Source: Candidatus Zambryskiibacteriota bacterium
GTDB taxonomy: Bacteria > Patescibacteriota > Minisyncoccia > Phycocordibacterales > Zambryskibacteraceae
DNA length: 59,652 bases
Direction of reading: 5' to 3'
Assembly: GCA_016177225.1 (NCBI GenBank)
Contig: JACOVQ010000002.1
Span: 1 to 59,652, forward strand
Each line of letters opens with the position of its first letter. The first letter of the stretch is position 1. Shown here one piece after another: positions 8,402 through 18,168 of the stretch. The notes under the pieces were generated by a model. It had not been told where the DNA came from, searched no databases, and saw only the letters and a program-made list of their open reading frames with translations. The translations under genes were made by a program, and so were the position numbers.

Positions 8402-10226
8402 GCATTTTGATGAAGACATCTTGAGGAATGTTGATTTTGCCGAGGTTTTTCATCTTCTTCTTGCCTTTTTTCTGCTTCTCGCGCAGTTTCATTTTGCGGG
8501 TAATATCGCCGCCATACATATGCTGAGTAACGTCTTTTCTAAAAGCCGAAACACTTTTTGATGAGATGATTCTGCCGAGCGCTTTTGCCTGAATCTTCAT
8601 GGCAAACATTTGGCGCGGCAACAAGCCGTGAAGTTTTTCCACGGCGGCTTCGGCCTCTTCTTCCACAATCCTCCTTGATATCACTCTCGAAAATGCCGGC
8701 AGTACTTCATCGGCGACCAGAATGTCAAGACGCACTACGTCCGCGTCTCTCTGTCCCGCTATTTCATATGAGATGGATGCAAATCCGGAAGTGGCACGTT
8801 TCAGCTTATCAAAAAAATTGCGCATCAACTCTCGCAAAGGCATTTTCAAAGTCAATTTATTGCGGTTTTCTCCGAAAGTTTCGGTACTTTCTAGTTCGGC
8901 CTCGTATTCATACAAAAGCGGCATTACTGCGCCGAGATAATTCGCTGGCAATAATATTGCCAGCGAAACCCACGGTTCACGTATTTCTCTCAAAAGACCT
9001 TCATCTGGGAAATGCGCCGAGGAATAAATCGTCTCGTGTTTGCCGTTTTTATATGTAACTTCATAGGTAATCGTGGGCGTTGTTACAACCAGATTCAATC
9101 TAAACTCGCGCCGCAAACGTTCGGTAATAATTTCTAGGTGAAGCATGCCTAAAAATCCGCATCTAAATCCCCTGCCTAGCGCTCCGGAAGTTTCTTCTTC
9201 GTAGGTAAACGAGGAATCGGAAAGTTTCAGTTTGCCGAACGACTGTTTTAGAAAAATAAAATCATTGGCATTTTCCGGATAGACAGAAGCCCACACTACT
9301 GGATGCGGTTTTTCGTAACCAGGTAGCGCGGCGCGTGTGTCAGACATTGAAGCCACCGTATCTCCGACTGAAGCCGCGCCGGGCTCTTTGATACCGGTTA
9401 CGATATAGCCAATCTCTCCCGCCTCAAGCGAGTCTCTCGGTTTTTCGTCGGGAGAAAATATGCCCACTTCTATCGCACTAAATTTCTCTTTCGAAACTTT
9501 AAAAATGAGCGGAGTATTTCTCGATACGGAGCCGGACATGACCCGAACGAAAACAATCATTCCGCGGTGAGTCGAGTATTTGAAATCGAAAACCAAAGAC
9601 CTAAAGGTCGGACCTTGAGAATCAGTATTTAAGGTCCGACCTTGATTCGGAGGAGGAATCTTTTTTACTATTTCCGACAATAGATTTTCCACTCCCTCTC
9701 CGGTTTTTCCAGATACTTTGAGTACTTCTCGAGCTTCACAATTTAATAACTTGCAAACTTCTCCGCAAACTTCTTCCACTCGCGCCAGAGGCGAATCGAT
9801 TTTAGAAATAACTGGAATAATAGTAAGTCCCGACTTCGCGAGGCTGAAGCCTGCTTCGTCGTGGCAGAAGCCCGATTCGCGCGCCATGCCGAGAGTGGTC
9901 AGAGTTTGCGCTTGTACGCCCTGCGTGGCATCAACAAGCAATATCGACCCTTCCACTGCTTTAAGCGCGCGAGAAACTTCGTAAGAGAAATCAATGTGTC
10001 CCGGAGTATCAATCAAATTCAGAATGTAATCTTTGTACTTCATCCGCACGGGTTGCATCTTTATGGTAATGCCTCGTTCCCGTTCCAACTCCATAGAATC
10101 AAGCACCTGGTTCTGCATTTTCCGCTTCTCTATGGTTCCCGTTAATTCAAGCATTCGGTCGGCAAGCGTCGACTTGCCGTGGTCAACATGCGCAATAATT
10201 GAGAAATTTCTAATTTTATCGGTCAT
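8391..10226 (-). CDS. lepA: Elongation factor 4 (LepA)
   Basis: IRNFSIIAHVDHGKSTLADR, DTPGHIDF, GFRCGFLGMLH, YGGDITRKMKL; ATGA overlap with murJ. Confidence 0.97.
   Translation of the reverse strand: MTDKIRNFSIIAHVDHGKSTLADRMLELTGTIEKRKMQNQVLDSMELERERGITIKMQPVRMKYKDYILNLIDTPGHIDFSYEVSRALKAVEGSILLVDATQGVQAQTLTTLGMARESGFCHDEAGFSLAKSGLTIIPVISKIDSPLARVEEVCGEVCKLLNCEAREVLKVSGKTGEGVENLLSEIVKKIPPPNQGRTLNTDSQGPTFRSLVFDFKYSTHRGMIVFVRVMSGSVSRNTPLIFKVSKEKFSAIEVGIFSPDEKPRDSLEAGEIGYIVTGIKEPGAASVGDTVASMSDTRAALPGYEKPHPVVWASVYPENANDFIFLKQSFGKLKLSDSSFTYEEETSGALGRGFRCGFLGMLHLEIITERLRREFRLNLVVTTPTITYEVTYKNGKHETIYSSAHFPDEGLLREIREPWVSLAILLPANYLGAVMPLLYEYEAELESTETFGENRNKLTLKMPLRELMRNFFDKLKRATSGFASISYEIAGQRDADVVRLDILVADEVLPAFSRVISRRIVEEEAEAAVEKLHGLLPRQMFAMKIQAKALGRIISSKSVSAFRKDVTQHMYGGDITRKMKLREKQKKGKKKMKNLGKINIPQDVFIKMLKS
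9604..9643. repeat. REP-like inverted doublet inside lepA
   Basis: aaggtcggacctt ... aaggtccgacctt; encodes QGRTLNTDSQGPTF. Confidence 0.8.
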
Positions 10227-11896
10227 ACTATCTCCGGGTCTGTCGCAATGACGCGTGTTTTGACGAATTTTTGCCTGACGGCATCCCATATCTCGCTAAG
10301 CTCTTTATTTTTCAACGCCAATAAAACTGCGACTCCCGCAACCAAAGCTGTGATTCCGGAGAGAAACCCTTGGGCAAATATTCCCGGTAATGTGGCGGTG
10401 TTGAAGAGCGGACCGAAAATCTTAAGCGCAAGATAAGCAACAACGCCGATAATAAAAGACGCCCCCAGCGAATCAAAGAGGGTTCGCGCGATGCCGCGGG
10501 AAAAGCCGGGAAACTCGCGTTCAAAAGCCGCCCAAAGGATAACGCTGTTTAGAATAGTCGCAAGCGAGAATGCAAGCGGCAAGACCAAAACCGCGGTGTC
10601 AGGCAGATTTTGGACCCGCAGGACGGTGGCCGTCCAATGCCGGATAAATTCGGAGGCATAGAAAAGCTTGACCGAAGACCAAGCAAGAAAGAAAAGGACG
10701 ATTGTGGAAACCAAATTAATGAAAAACGGCTTTCTGGTAAAGCCCGCCGAGTAAAAACCTCTCATAAATAAAAGCAGGAGCGATTGCGAAAGAGAGGAGA
10801 TGATAAAGAGCGCAAGGGCCGCCGCCACAAGCCGAGTGTCCTCCCAGCCGAACTGCCCGGAACCCAAAAGCACGCGAACAATTTGGGCGCGAAGAATCAC
10901 GATAAGCGCCGTAAGCGGCAGGGACCAAAAGATGATAAACCTCGCGGTCGCCCTCATTTGGTTTTTGAAAGCCTCGAAATTGCGTTCCTTGAAATTTCTT
11001 GAAAGCGTGGGGAAGGCGGCCAGCGAATACGATACGCCAATGAGAGAGAGCGGCGCAGTCATAAGATTAATGGAGAAATAAAGTACCGAAATCGAACCGG
11101 CTGACATGAGCGATGCCAAAGATATCAAAAAGATAGCGCTCAATTGGCTCATGGATAACGTGAGCGTTCTGGGCAGAGAAATAGTGACCACATTTTTAAT
11201 CATTTTCCAGTCGATAAAACGGAGCCGGGGAAAGAGTCCGAGAGACATGACGGAAGGAACTTGGATGAACACATGGAAAAGCGCTCCGATAATTACTCCC
11301 AGAGCCACCCCTAAGACGCCCAGTTTCGTAGCGAAGACAAGCACTCCCAAGACGATGCCAGCATTGTAAAGCACGGGTGCCAAAGCGTAGACGGTAAAGC
11401 GTCCGTAAGCCTGAGTGATGGAGCCAAGCAAGTTTGACAGCCCTAAAATTATCGGCGACAAAAGAAGGACTCTTGAGAGAAAAATTGTTTCGGCAAGTTC
11501 GGACGGGTTAAAGCCTTTAAATAAAATTTTTGCCGCAAACGGCATGAGAAAGAACGCCAATACCGATATCGCGACAATGAAAATCGCGAAAAAAGAAAAA
11601 ATGTTGTCGACAAAACGGCGGAGAGACTCTTTGCCCTTGGATTCTTCATTGATGATAAAAGGTATCAGCACTGACAAAGAGACTATCGAAGCGGCAGTAA
11701 CAAATATAAAGTCCGGAATCCTAAAAGCCGCAGTGTAAATGTCGAGCGCTTGCCCGGCGCCAAAAATATGAGCCAAGAGCCTGTCTCTTAAAAGTCCGAG
11801 AATCTGGGAGAGAAAAGAAAACAGCCCCAAAAGAAACGCGGCTTGATTGAGACTCTTCGTCTCTTTGTATAAAAACCCCAAGATTTTGCGAACCAT
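10223..11896 (-). CDS. murJ: Lipid II flippase MurJ (MviN)
   Basis: LSQILGLLRDRLLAHIFGAG...AAFRIPD; many TM helices. Confidence 0.9.
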   Translation of the reverse strand: MVRKILGFLYKETKSLNQAAFLLGLFSFLSQILGLLRDRLLAHIFGAGQALDIYTAAFRIPDFIFVTAASIVSLSVLIPFIINEESKGKESLRRFVDNIFSFFAIFIVAISVLAFFLMPFAAKILFKGFNPSELAETIFLSRVLLLSPIILGLSNLLGSITQAYGRFTVYALAPVLYNAGIVLGVLVFATKLGVLGVALGVIIGALFHVFIQVPSVMSLGLFPRLRFIDWKMIKNVVTISLPRTLTLSMSQLSAIFLISLASLMSAGSISVLYFSINLMTAPLSLIGVSYSLAAFPTLSRNFKERNFEAFKNQMRATARFIIFWSLPLTALIVILRAQIVRVLLGSGQFGWEDTRLVAAALALFIISSLSQSLLLLFMRGFYSAGFTRKPFFINLVSTIVLFFLAWSSVKLFYASEFIRHWTATVLRVQNLPDTAVLVLPLAFSLATILNSVILWAAFEREFPGFSRGIARTLFDSLGASFIIGVVAYLALKIFGPLFNTATLPGIFAQGFLSGITALVAGVAVLLALKNKELSEIWDAVRQKFVKTRVIATDPEIV

Positions 11897-14172
11897 TATT
11901 TTTTATTGAGCCTGTTCAAAGCCTCTTTAATTTCCGCGCTATCAGGGTTAGTAACGAGAAGTTCTTCAAACTCTTTCTTAGCCTCTCCTTTACGGCCGAG
12001 CTTTTCAAGTGTCAGACCGAGGTAGTACTTGGCATTGGCATAATTAGGCAGAAATTCTAGAGCTTTGGAAAACGCCTCAACCGCTCCTTCATTATCGTTA
12101 TTAGAAGACTTAAGAAGCCCGAGCTCAAAATAGATACTCGGATTATTGGGGTCGAGCGTTACCAGCTTTTCTGTAGAAGCGATGGCGCCGCCGATATTTT
12201 TATCTTGTACTTCGATGCGCGCAAGCAAGACATATGCGTCGGTATAATCATTTTTGAGAATGATAGCCTGTCGGATGTAGTTTCTGGCCGCATCGAGCTT
12301 GCCATTATTGACTTCAAGCTGCGCCAGAAGCAACGCCGCTTCCGGACTGGCCGGATTTCTATTGGCCGCTTGCATATAGGCGAACTGGGCATTTTCGTAA
12401 GCTCCTTGCACGGAGAGCGGAGCGGGAACCAGAGCGCTGTAGATTGTGCCCAGAACGAGCCAATTTTCATAGCCGGCAGAATTAAGAGCAACGGCAGAAC
12501 GGGCGGCGGCGATACTTGAAGATATGGCGGATTGAAATGCGGCTTGGTTTTTCTCTGTCTGTTGTTGGTTGTCAGTTGTCGGTTGTTGTGCTATTTGTTG
12601 CGCTTTGGCAAAATAAAGTCTCGACAAAGCGGCATAGTAGACATCTGCGGGAGCGAATTTAACGGCCTTGCCAATCAAAACTGCCATTTCGTCAGCCGAC
12701 GCGCCTGCTTTGGTTGAAAGAGTGGATGCTTTTTGGAAGTAAACCACTCCGATTGTTTTTTTGACGGACGTGTATCCGATAAACAAAAGTCCAACTGCCG
12801 CCGCGCCAAGGAAAAATTTTGAGAGCAGGCGCCCGGCGGTGTCGCGCGAGAAGAGAATTAAACGAGAAGATATTACCCCCCTCGCCGATGATATAAAGAG
12901 AGCGGTAAAAATGAAGGTCAGCGCGAGAACTACGAGAGACGGAGCATAGAGAAAACTTGCCGTCCAAAGATAAACGGAAGCAAGGAAGGCAGATACGAGA
13001 GCGAAGCGAGGCCCGCGCGGTTCCGGCAAATTCGCCAGAGCTTTAATGCCCAGCCACAAAAGCATGGCGAGAAGCGCGAGCCAGAGAATGGTGCCGAGAA
13101 GTCCCGTAGAAGCAATTTGAGTAGGGATAAAGCCTGAGCCGAAAGAAAAATTGGCGCTCCAGAACGGAGTGGCGTTGATACCGGAAGGCTTATGAATGAG
13201 CCAATCGCGGCTAAAGGTGTTGGGACCGGAGCCAAAAAGCGTCCCTTGGGAAAGCACGGCTTTTGAGATATTGAGAGTGGCCGCAAAGGTTGGCCTGATA
13301 TCGGCATTATTGAGGCCGAAAGCGGAAGAGACCGCACTGCCGAGCGTGCCGCGCGAGGCAGAGATGTTGGGATTAATGATAAACAGCAGAGAAACTATGC
13401 CGAGTATAAGCGGCAAGACGATGGGGCGCCGATGGGAATCTTCTTTGGCAAGCAGCGCTTTTTCCATTCTGGAAAAATAGATAAAAATTATCACGGCAGC
13501 TACGAAAGTAAAGACAAAGAGCGATGAGAAATTAAGCGCTGCCGCGATGGCAAGCGAGATTAGAAATACCGCGTAGCCCAAGACACGCAGAGTCTTGGTC
13601 ATCGGTACCATGCCTAAAACAAGAGTGAGAATGACGGCCAATAAACCAAGAACGGTGGCCAGGTCGGTCCAGTTACCGATTAAGTTTGCCGTCTTACCGA
13701 CAAAAATTCCCCAAACCGGAGCCCCGAAAAGAATTTTAATCAGGGCAAATAAAGCCACAACGGAAAACGACGCGAGAAGCGTGCTTAATGCTTTAAGAAT
13801 TCTTGAGGTGTCGGAAACCACTACGCTTGTGATAAATAAAAGAACGGTAATCAACAGCACAAATCCAAAAGTGCCCACTTCGAAGTTGTAGCCGAAAAGC
13901 GACAATGAAGAGGGCGTAGTAAGAAGCGCCGAGAGGAAATAAATGGCCGGCAGCAGAGCCGCCACGAGCACTGCCGGATGCCAAGGTATTTCAATCTTTC
14001 CCGATTTCCAAGTTTCGAGAATAAAGACGAGACTTGCAACGATTACTCCGAGAGAAAGGAGTATTGCTTTAGAAACGGCCAGACTCATTACTCCTCCCGG
14101 GATAAAAAAGAGCGGTAGAAGGAAGAGAATGGCCAGAAGAATTTTAAAGGTTTTTGAATATGTTGAAGTCAT
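11896..14172 (-). CDS. Multi-TM protein (O-antigen ligase-like) with C-terminal TPR repeats
   Basis: About 12 hydrophobic helices, FGSGPNTF motif, TPR repeats (PNYANAKYYLG). Confidence 0.75.
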   Translation of the reverse strand: MTSTYSKTFKILLAILFLLPLFFIPGGVMSLAVSKAILLSLGVIVASLVFILETWKSGKIEIPWHPAVLVAALLPAIYFLSALLTTPSSLSLFGYNFEVGTFGFVLLITVLLFITSVVVSDTSRILKALSTLLASFSVVALFALIKILFGAPVWGIFVGKTANLIGNWTDLATVLGLLAVILTLVLGMVPMTKTLRVLGYAVFLISLAIAAALNFSSLFVFTFVAAVIIFIYFSRMEKALLAKEDSHRRPIVLPLILGIVSLLFIINPNISASRGTLGSAVSSAFGLNNADIRPTFAATLNISKAVLSQGTLFGSGPNTFSRDWLIHKPSGINATPFWSANFSFGSGFIPTQIASTGLLGTILWLALLAMLLWLGIKALANLPEPRGPRFALVSAFLASVYLWTASFLYAPSLVVLALTFIFTALFISSARGVISSRLILFSRDTAGRLLSKFFLGAAAVGLLFIGYTSVKKTIGVVYFQKASTLSTKAGASADEMAVLIGKAVKFAPADVYYAALSRLYFAKAQQIAQQPTTDNQQQTEKNQAAFQSAISSSIAAARSAVALNSAGYENWLVLGTIYSALVPAPLSVQGAYENAQFAYMQAANRNPASPEAALLLAQLEVNNGKLDAARNYIRQAIILKNDYTDAYVLLARIEVQDKNIGGAIASTEKLVTLDPNNPSIYFELGLLKSSNNDNEGAVEAFSKALEFLPNYANAKYYLGLTLEKLGRKGEAKKEFEELLVTNPDSAEIKEALNRLNKK

Positions 14173-14228
14173 AAGTGTTACGAATTAATAATTGAATATG
14201 GCTTTATTTTAGCATAAATAATTATCCC

Positions 14229-14306
14229 CAGCATTGTAATTTGACGAGGCAAGGCCTCGACCAAGCACAGCATTGTAACTTGACGAGGCAAGGCCTCGAC
14301 CAAGCA
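14229..14306. repeat. Tandem 39 bp REP-containing repeat (2 copies)
   Basis: cagcattgtaa(t/c)ttgacgaggcaaggcctcgaccaagca x2; core hairpin cgagg-caagg-cctcg. Confidence 0.9.
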
Positions 14307-14327
14307 ATTATATGGTATAATTTTTAT

Positions 14328-14972
14328 ATGAGTTTGCGTAAAATCCCATTTGTGCCAGATGAGTACTACCATATATACAGTCGCGGTAGTGATAAGCGCA
14401 AAATATTCCACGACAACTCAGATTACAATCGCTTCTTAAATATTCTTTACCTATCAAATTCCGACATTAATTTTAGATTCGATAGAATCGAAGATGTCTA
14501 CTCTACCGAACGTGGCCAAAGACTTGTTTCAATAGGAGCTTATTGTCTTATGCCAAATCACGTGCATATTCTCATAAAGCAAGTTGCGGAAAACGGTATA
14601 AGCAGATTTATGCATAAACTCTTAACCGCTTATTCCATGTATTACAATACCAAATATGAACGCACGGGAGGATTACTTGAAGGTAAGTTCAAAGCAGAAC
14701 TTCTTGATTCAGACAACTATCTTAAATATCTATTTTCTTATATACATTTAAACCCTGTGAAATTGATTGAGCCGAAGTGGAAAGAAAGTGGAATTAGAAA
14801 CAGAAATAAAGCTATAGATTTTCTTAATAAATACCGTTATTCAAGCTACCAAGATTTTATGAGAATAGACCGAAAGGAAAAAGCAATTCTAAATTTGGAA
14901 GATTTCCCGGAGTATTTCCCGACTAAGGAAAAATTCCAAGAAGAAATTTTCGACTGGATTGATTACAAATAA
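14328..14972 (+). mobile_element. REP-associated tyrosine transposase (RAYT, Y1_Tnp/HUH family)
   Basis: YYHIYSRG, AYCLMPNHVHIL (HUH), YIHLNP, YSSY; flanked by REP hairpins. Confidence 0.9.
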
Positions 14973-14982
14973 GTTGAAAAAC

Positions 14983-15037
14983 TGACGAGGCAAGGCCTCG
15001 ACCAAGAAGAACTTGTGGTGTAATTTAAAACCACTTT
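14983..15037. repeat. 55 bp REP-containing direct repeat, copy 1
   Basis: tgacgaggcaaggcctcgaccaagaagaacttgtggtgtaatttaaaaccacttt; matches 18106-18160 with one mismatch. Confidence 0.9.
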
Positions 15038-15068
15038 GAAATACTAGGATATGTGGTATAATAATAGC

Positions 15069-15381
15069 GGTGTCGGATAGTTGCCCGCCATTGAGGCGGG
15101 AGGAAAGTCCGAACATTCAATTGTCTGTGCATGCATATGCGTGCAGATGATAAGGGTAGCGGGTAACGCCCGTCGGGAGCAATCCTAGAGATGAGAACAG
15201 AAATGACCCGGTTAAGTCCGGCTGAAACAGCAAAATTCTTACCTGAATGCAAGGCCGTGTCCAGCCCCAGTTTCTCAAAAATTGGAGGCGGAAGTGCCGC
15301 TAGAGGCTTCGAGTGATCGACGTCCCAGATAAATAACTATCTCCGCCGAAGAGGCGGAACAGAATTCGGCTTATAGACACC
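15069..15381 (+). ncRNA. rnpB: RNase P RNA
   Basis: GAGGAAAGTCC near 5' end, AACAGAATTCGGCTTAT near 3' end, P1 ggtgtc/gacacc. Confidence 0.93.
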
Positions 15382-15410
15382 CGAACTCGCCCACATTGTG
15401 GGCGAGTTCG
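15382..15410 (+). terminator. Hairpin after rnpB
   Basis: cgaactcgcccac-att-gtgggcgagttcg-ttt. Confidence 0.65.
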
Positions 15411-15413
15411 TTT

Positions 15414-15436
15414 ACCACGAGGAAAGACCTCGTGGT
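15414..15436. repeat. REP-like palindrome (AGG-N5-CCT core)
   Basis: accacgagg-aaaga-cctcgtggt. Confidence 0.6.
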
Positions 15437-15513
15437 CTTTCCTGAATTTGTTTGACTTTTTCATTATTTATAGTACCTTTAATGTCAGAAATTGAACTTT
15501 TTGGAGGTATTGA

Positions 15514-16548
15514 ATGAAAAAAACGGCGCAACCTTTTTTTCCAAGATTGCTTGTTTGTGGAATGATAGTCCTGTCCGGGAGCTTACTATCGCACAACATC
15601 GCTGGCGAGTTCAATCGGGACGAGAACGATTTGTGGCTCGTAAAAAATCTGGCGGAAAATTATTACAAACTCTCCGGCTTCCCGAGCTTCGCAAGCGTTA
15701 GCGACGAAAAGACGACATTCGACACATCAATTGGCCAGCAAGTAAACAGCGTGCCGAGCGAGCTGTACGAATTTCGCCTGATACGGGACCGACGTCTGCT
15801 TCTTTTGAGAACATATGGCAGAACGGGACAGACGGCAAATCCAGTTGTGGTTGACGTCGCCTCGGTTGAAAAAGCGGCGGCATACGGGGAGATAAAAATT
15901 CCCCGTATGCTCATCAGCGTAAATCAGCAAGTAGAATTTCCACTGACTAACCTCAGTGAGAAGTCTATGGCTGAGTTGAGAAAATTTTATTCCGATTTCA
16001 CTCGACCCTTGCAGGTTCGACCGGACGACTTTAATCCGGAAAATGAAATCGGAAAACTGAAGAGCCACGCTTTCTGGCGGTCTATTGGCATATCTTTGTC
16101 TGTCGTTTCGACTGGCGGAATATGGCTTGGGGCAGTAAGTTCTGTACTAGGTTTCGCCGGACTTATCCTAAGCGGGTTGGCCTGGCATTCTCGCCAAAAC
16201 AAAAAAAGGGTTCTAGCGGCAGGTTATATCGGACAACAAAAGCAGGCGCGAGTAGAATACCAAGAAAAAGTCTTTATCAGACAGCCAGCGCCAGGACCGA
16301 AAAGATTTGCCGCGGCCAGAACTCCGGCAATGGAACGACAGCGATTGGTAGATTCTGTCTTGAGATTGACCAGCGGCACAGTGCCGTTATCGCCAAAAGT
16401 CCAAGAGTTGTTGGAAGAAGTGGAAAAAATACCACTGTCAGATTACCAAGAAACAGTGGGCAAAATTCGGCTAGCGAGAAATTTGCAGTGGAGAGCCTTC
16501 AGAAACGGAGGCGGTCCAAAGCAAATGGAACGTCTCCACACACATTAA
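15514..16548 (+). CDS. Hypothetical membrane protein
   Basis: Signal/TM N-terminus, internal TM pair; GGAGGT upstream. Confidence 0.65.
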   Translation: MKKTAQPFFPRLLVCGMIVLSGSLLSHNIAGEFNRDENDLWLVKNLAENYYKLSGFPSFASVSDEKTTFDTSIGQQVNSVPSELYEFRLIRDRRLLLLRTYGRTGQTANPVVVDVASVEKAAAYGEIKIPRMLISVNQQVEFPLTNLSEKSMAELRKFYSDFTRPLQVRPDDFNPENEIGKLKSHAFWRSIGISLSVVSTGGIWLGAVSSVLGFAGLILSGLAWHSRQNKKRVLAAGYIGQQKQARVEYQEKVFIRQPAPGPKRFAAARTPAMERQRLVDSVLRLTSGTVPLSPKVQELLEEVEKIPLSDYQETVGKIRLARNLQWRAFRNGGGPKQMERLHTH

Positions 16549-16604
16549 AATCGTCCTTATTTGGGCAACTAGGCTACCTATTCTATAGGTAGCCGTTCTT
16601 TTAC

Positions 16605-16633
16605 TTGACAAAATAATAAGTACCATATATAAT
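16605..16633 (+). promoter_or_regulatory. Consensus sigma70 promoter
   Basis: TTGACA-N17-TATAAT upstream of the 16664 gene. Confidence 0.8.
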
Positions 16634-16663
16634 ATAGATAGACAAATTCAATAGGAGGTTCCT

Positions 16664-18022
16664 ATGCGGAAAGTATTTGGGGTAATTTTTATCACATTCG
16701 TGGTCACAAATTTCCCTCTGGCACTTGCTCAACAACAAGACTGGTTGGCGCGATGCTGGACTATCAACGTCCAGCGAGTAAGTGGGGACATGATTTTCAT
16801 CTACCCCAACAGCGACAGCAGAGTCACTTCCAGCCTCATCGGCGGCAACTCGTTTGATGAGCAGGAAATGACTCGTTGTGTGTATAGTCGGCTGTACGGC
16901 AAAGGCAAGCCGGAAGAAGAGAACGACTTCGTTGCCTATGCGCAGACTATTCCAGACAACAATTCGTATCCAGCCTACTTCCTGCGGGCGATGAACGCCT
17001 CACCGGGACTCGGTCTGGGAAGGTACGACCGCTCGTTCATGTTCGGCAGCAAGGGACGATTGCTTGGTGTCATCAACACCGGATTCAGCATCGTCAACCT
17101 AAACGCCGAACTGCAAAACATTCACTTCGATGAGTTGAATCACGAAATAAGCCACACGAAATGTTGTTACGCGGGCCATCAGCATTACGAGTACATAAAT
17201 GCGTTCGGAGATGGTTTCGGACATTGGTCCCGCTATCTCGGACGCAACGCTCGCGGCGAAGACGGTCCGGACAATTGCTCTGTGATGAGAGCCTCTCCAT
17301 ATGTCGAGCTCGGCAACGGGGACGCGCAAACACGGAACTGCCATTACCAAAGCCGACCAACAATAAACTCGTTAGAGATGTATCTGTGGGGATTCAAAAA
17401 CGCAGATGCATCAAAAGGTAAACAATTCCCATCGGTATCGTCAAAAGGAACAAGCATTTCCCATGACATTTACCGGGCTCCGATTGAAAAGTGGCTGACC
17501 ATTGACGACCTCATTGCGAAGATGGACGGGGAGGTGGTTTGGCCATCGGCGGAAATTTCGCCGAAGCACTTGCGGGTTCTATTCGCTCTGGTTATCATGC
17601 CGGGAACGGACAACAGGCAACTGCAGGCAATGCAGAATCGCTGGCAAGAATTCGCGCGGTTGGCGAGAGGCACATGGAATGAAGCGACAGGTGGAGTGTC
17701 CACGCTGAATAATCCATCCAAACCAAATCCGACCATGTTGGTCAGCAAGGACTACTTGGGAAAGTGGGACTTCTCGTACCACCCGGGTGAGTGGCTGGTG
17801 TTAAACATCACTGGCGCCGTACCGAACCAGTGGGGTATTCTCGTCGGATTTGATGGAAAAAATCAGTATTCCATTTCCATCAAATCCGACGAGACAGGCA
17901 AGGCGGCGTTCTCCGCCTTACTGCTCAAGGACCATATCGGAACGTGGTCCGCAGTTGTGCACTTCGGGGATGGCGTGACCTCAAACGTGATCACGTTTGA
18001 GGTCACGCCTCCCGGTCAATAA
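16664..18022 (+). CDS. Secreted zinc metallopeptidase-like protein with C-terminal Ig-like domain
   Basis: Signal peptide (LALA-QQ), HEISH (HExxH), GHWS, LEMYLWG; AGGAGG upstream. Confidence 0.65.
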   Translation: MRKVFGVIFITFVVTNFPLALAQQQDWLARCWTINVQRVSGDMIFIYPNSDSRVTSSLIGGNSFDEQEMTRCVYSRLYGKGKPEEENDFVAYAQTIPDNNSYPAYFLRAMNASPGLGLGRYDRSFMFGSKGRLLGVINTGFSIVNLNAELQNIHFDELNHEISHTKCCYAGHQHYEYINAFGDGFGHWSRYLGRNARGEDGPDNCSVMRASPYVELGNGDAQTRNCHYQSRPTINSLEMYLWGFKNADASKGKQFPSVSSKGTSISHDIYRAPIEKWLTIDDLIAKMDGEVVWPSAEISPKHLRVLFALVIMPGTDNRQLQAMQNRWQEFARLARGTWNEATGGVSTLNNPSKPNPTMLVSKDYLGKWDFSYHPGEWLVLNITGAVPNQWGILVGFDGKNQYSISIKSDETGKAAFSALLLKDHIGTWSAVVHFGDGVTSNVITFEVTPPGQ

Positions 18023-18041
18023 CTGTTCATTTGAAAAATCT

Positions 18042-18076
18042 AGCCGCGGCGCTTCCAGCGCTCGCGGCCTTTTTTT
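18042..18076 (+). terminator. Rho-independent terminator
   Basis: gccgcggcgct-tcc-agcgctcgcggc followed by a T run. Confidence 0.75.
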
Positions 18077-18105
18077 CTGCATATTTCTAGGCTTGCTTCT
18101 TAATT

Positions 18106-18160
18106 TGACAAGGCAAGGCCTCGACCAAGAAGAACTTGTGGTGTAATTTAAAACCACTTT
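18106..18160. repeat. 55 bp REP-containing direct repeat, copy 2
   Basis: Matches 14983-15037 (g>a in the hairpin arm). Confidence 0.9.
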
Positions 18161-18168
18161 TCAACCTA

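Noticed and set aside
14229..14306. Possible mini-CRISPR array
   Set aside because: Two tandem copies with near-identical intervening sequence, no unique spacers and no cas genes; explained as REPs of the RAYT.
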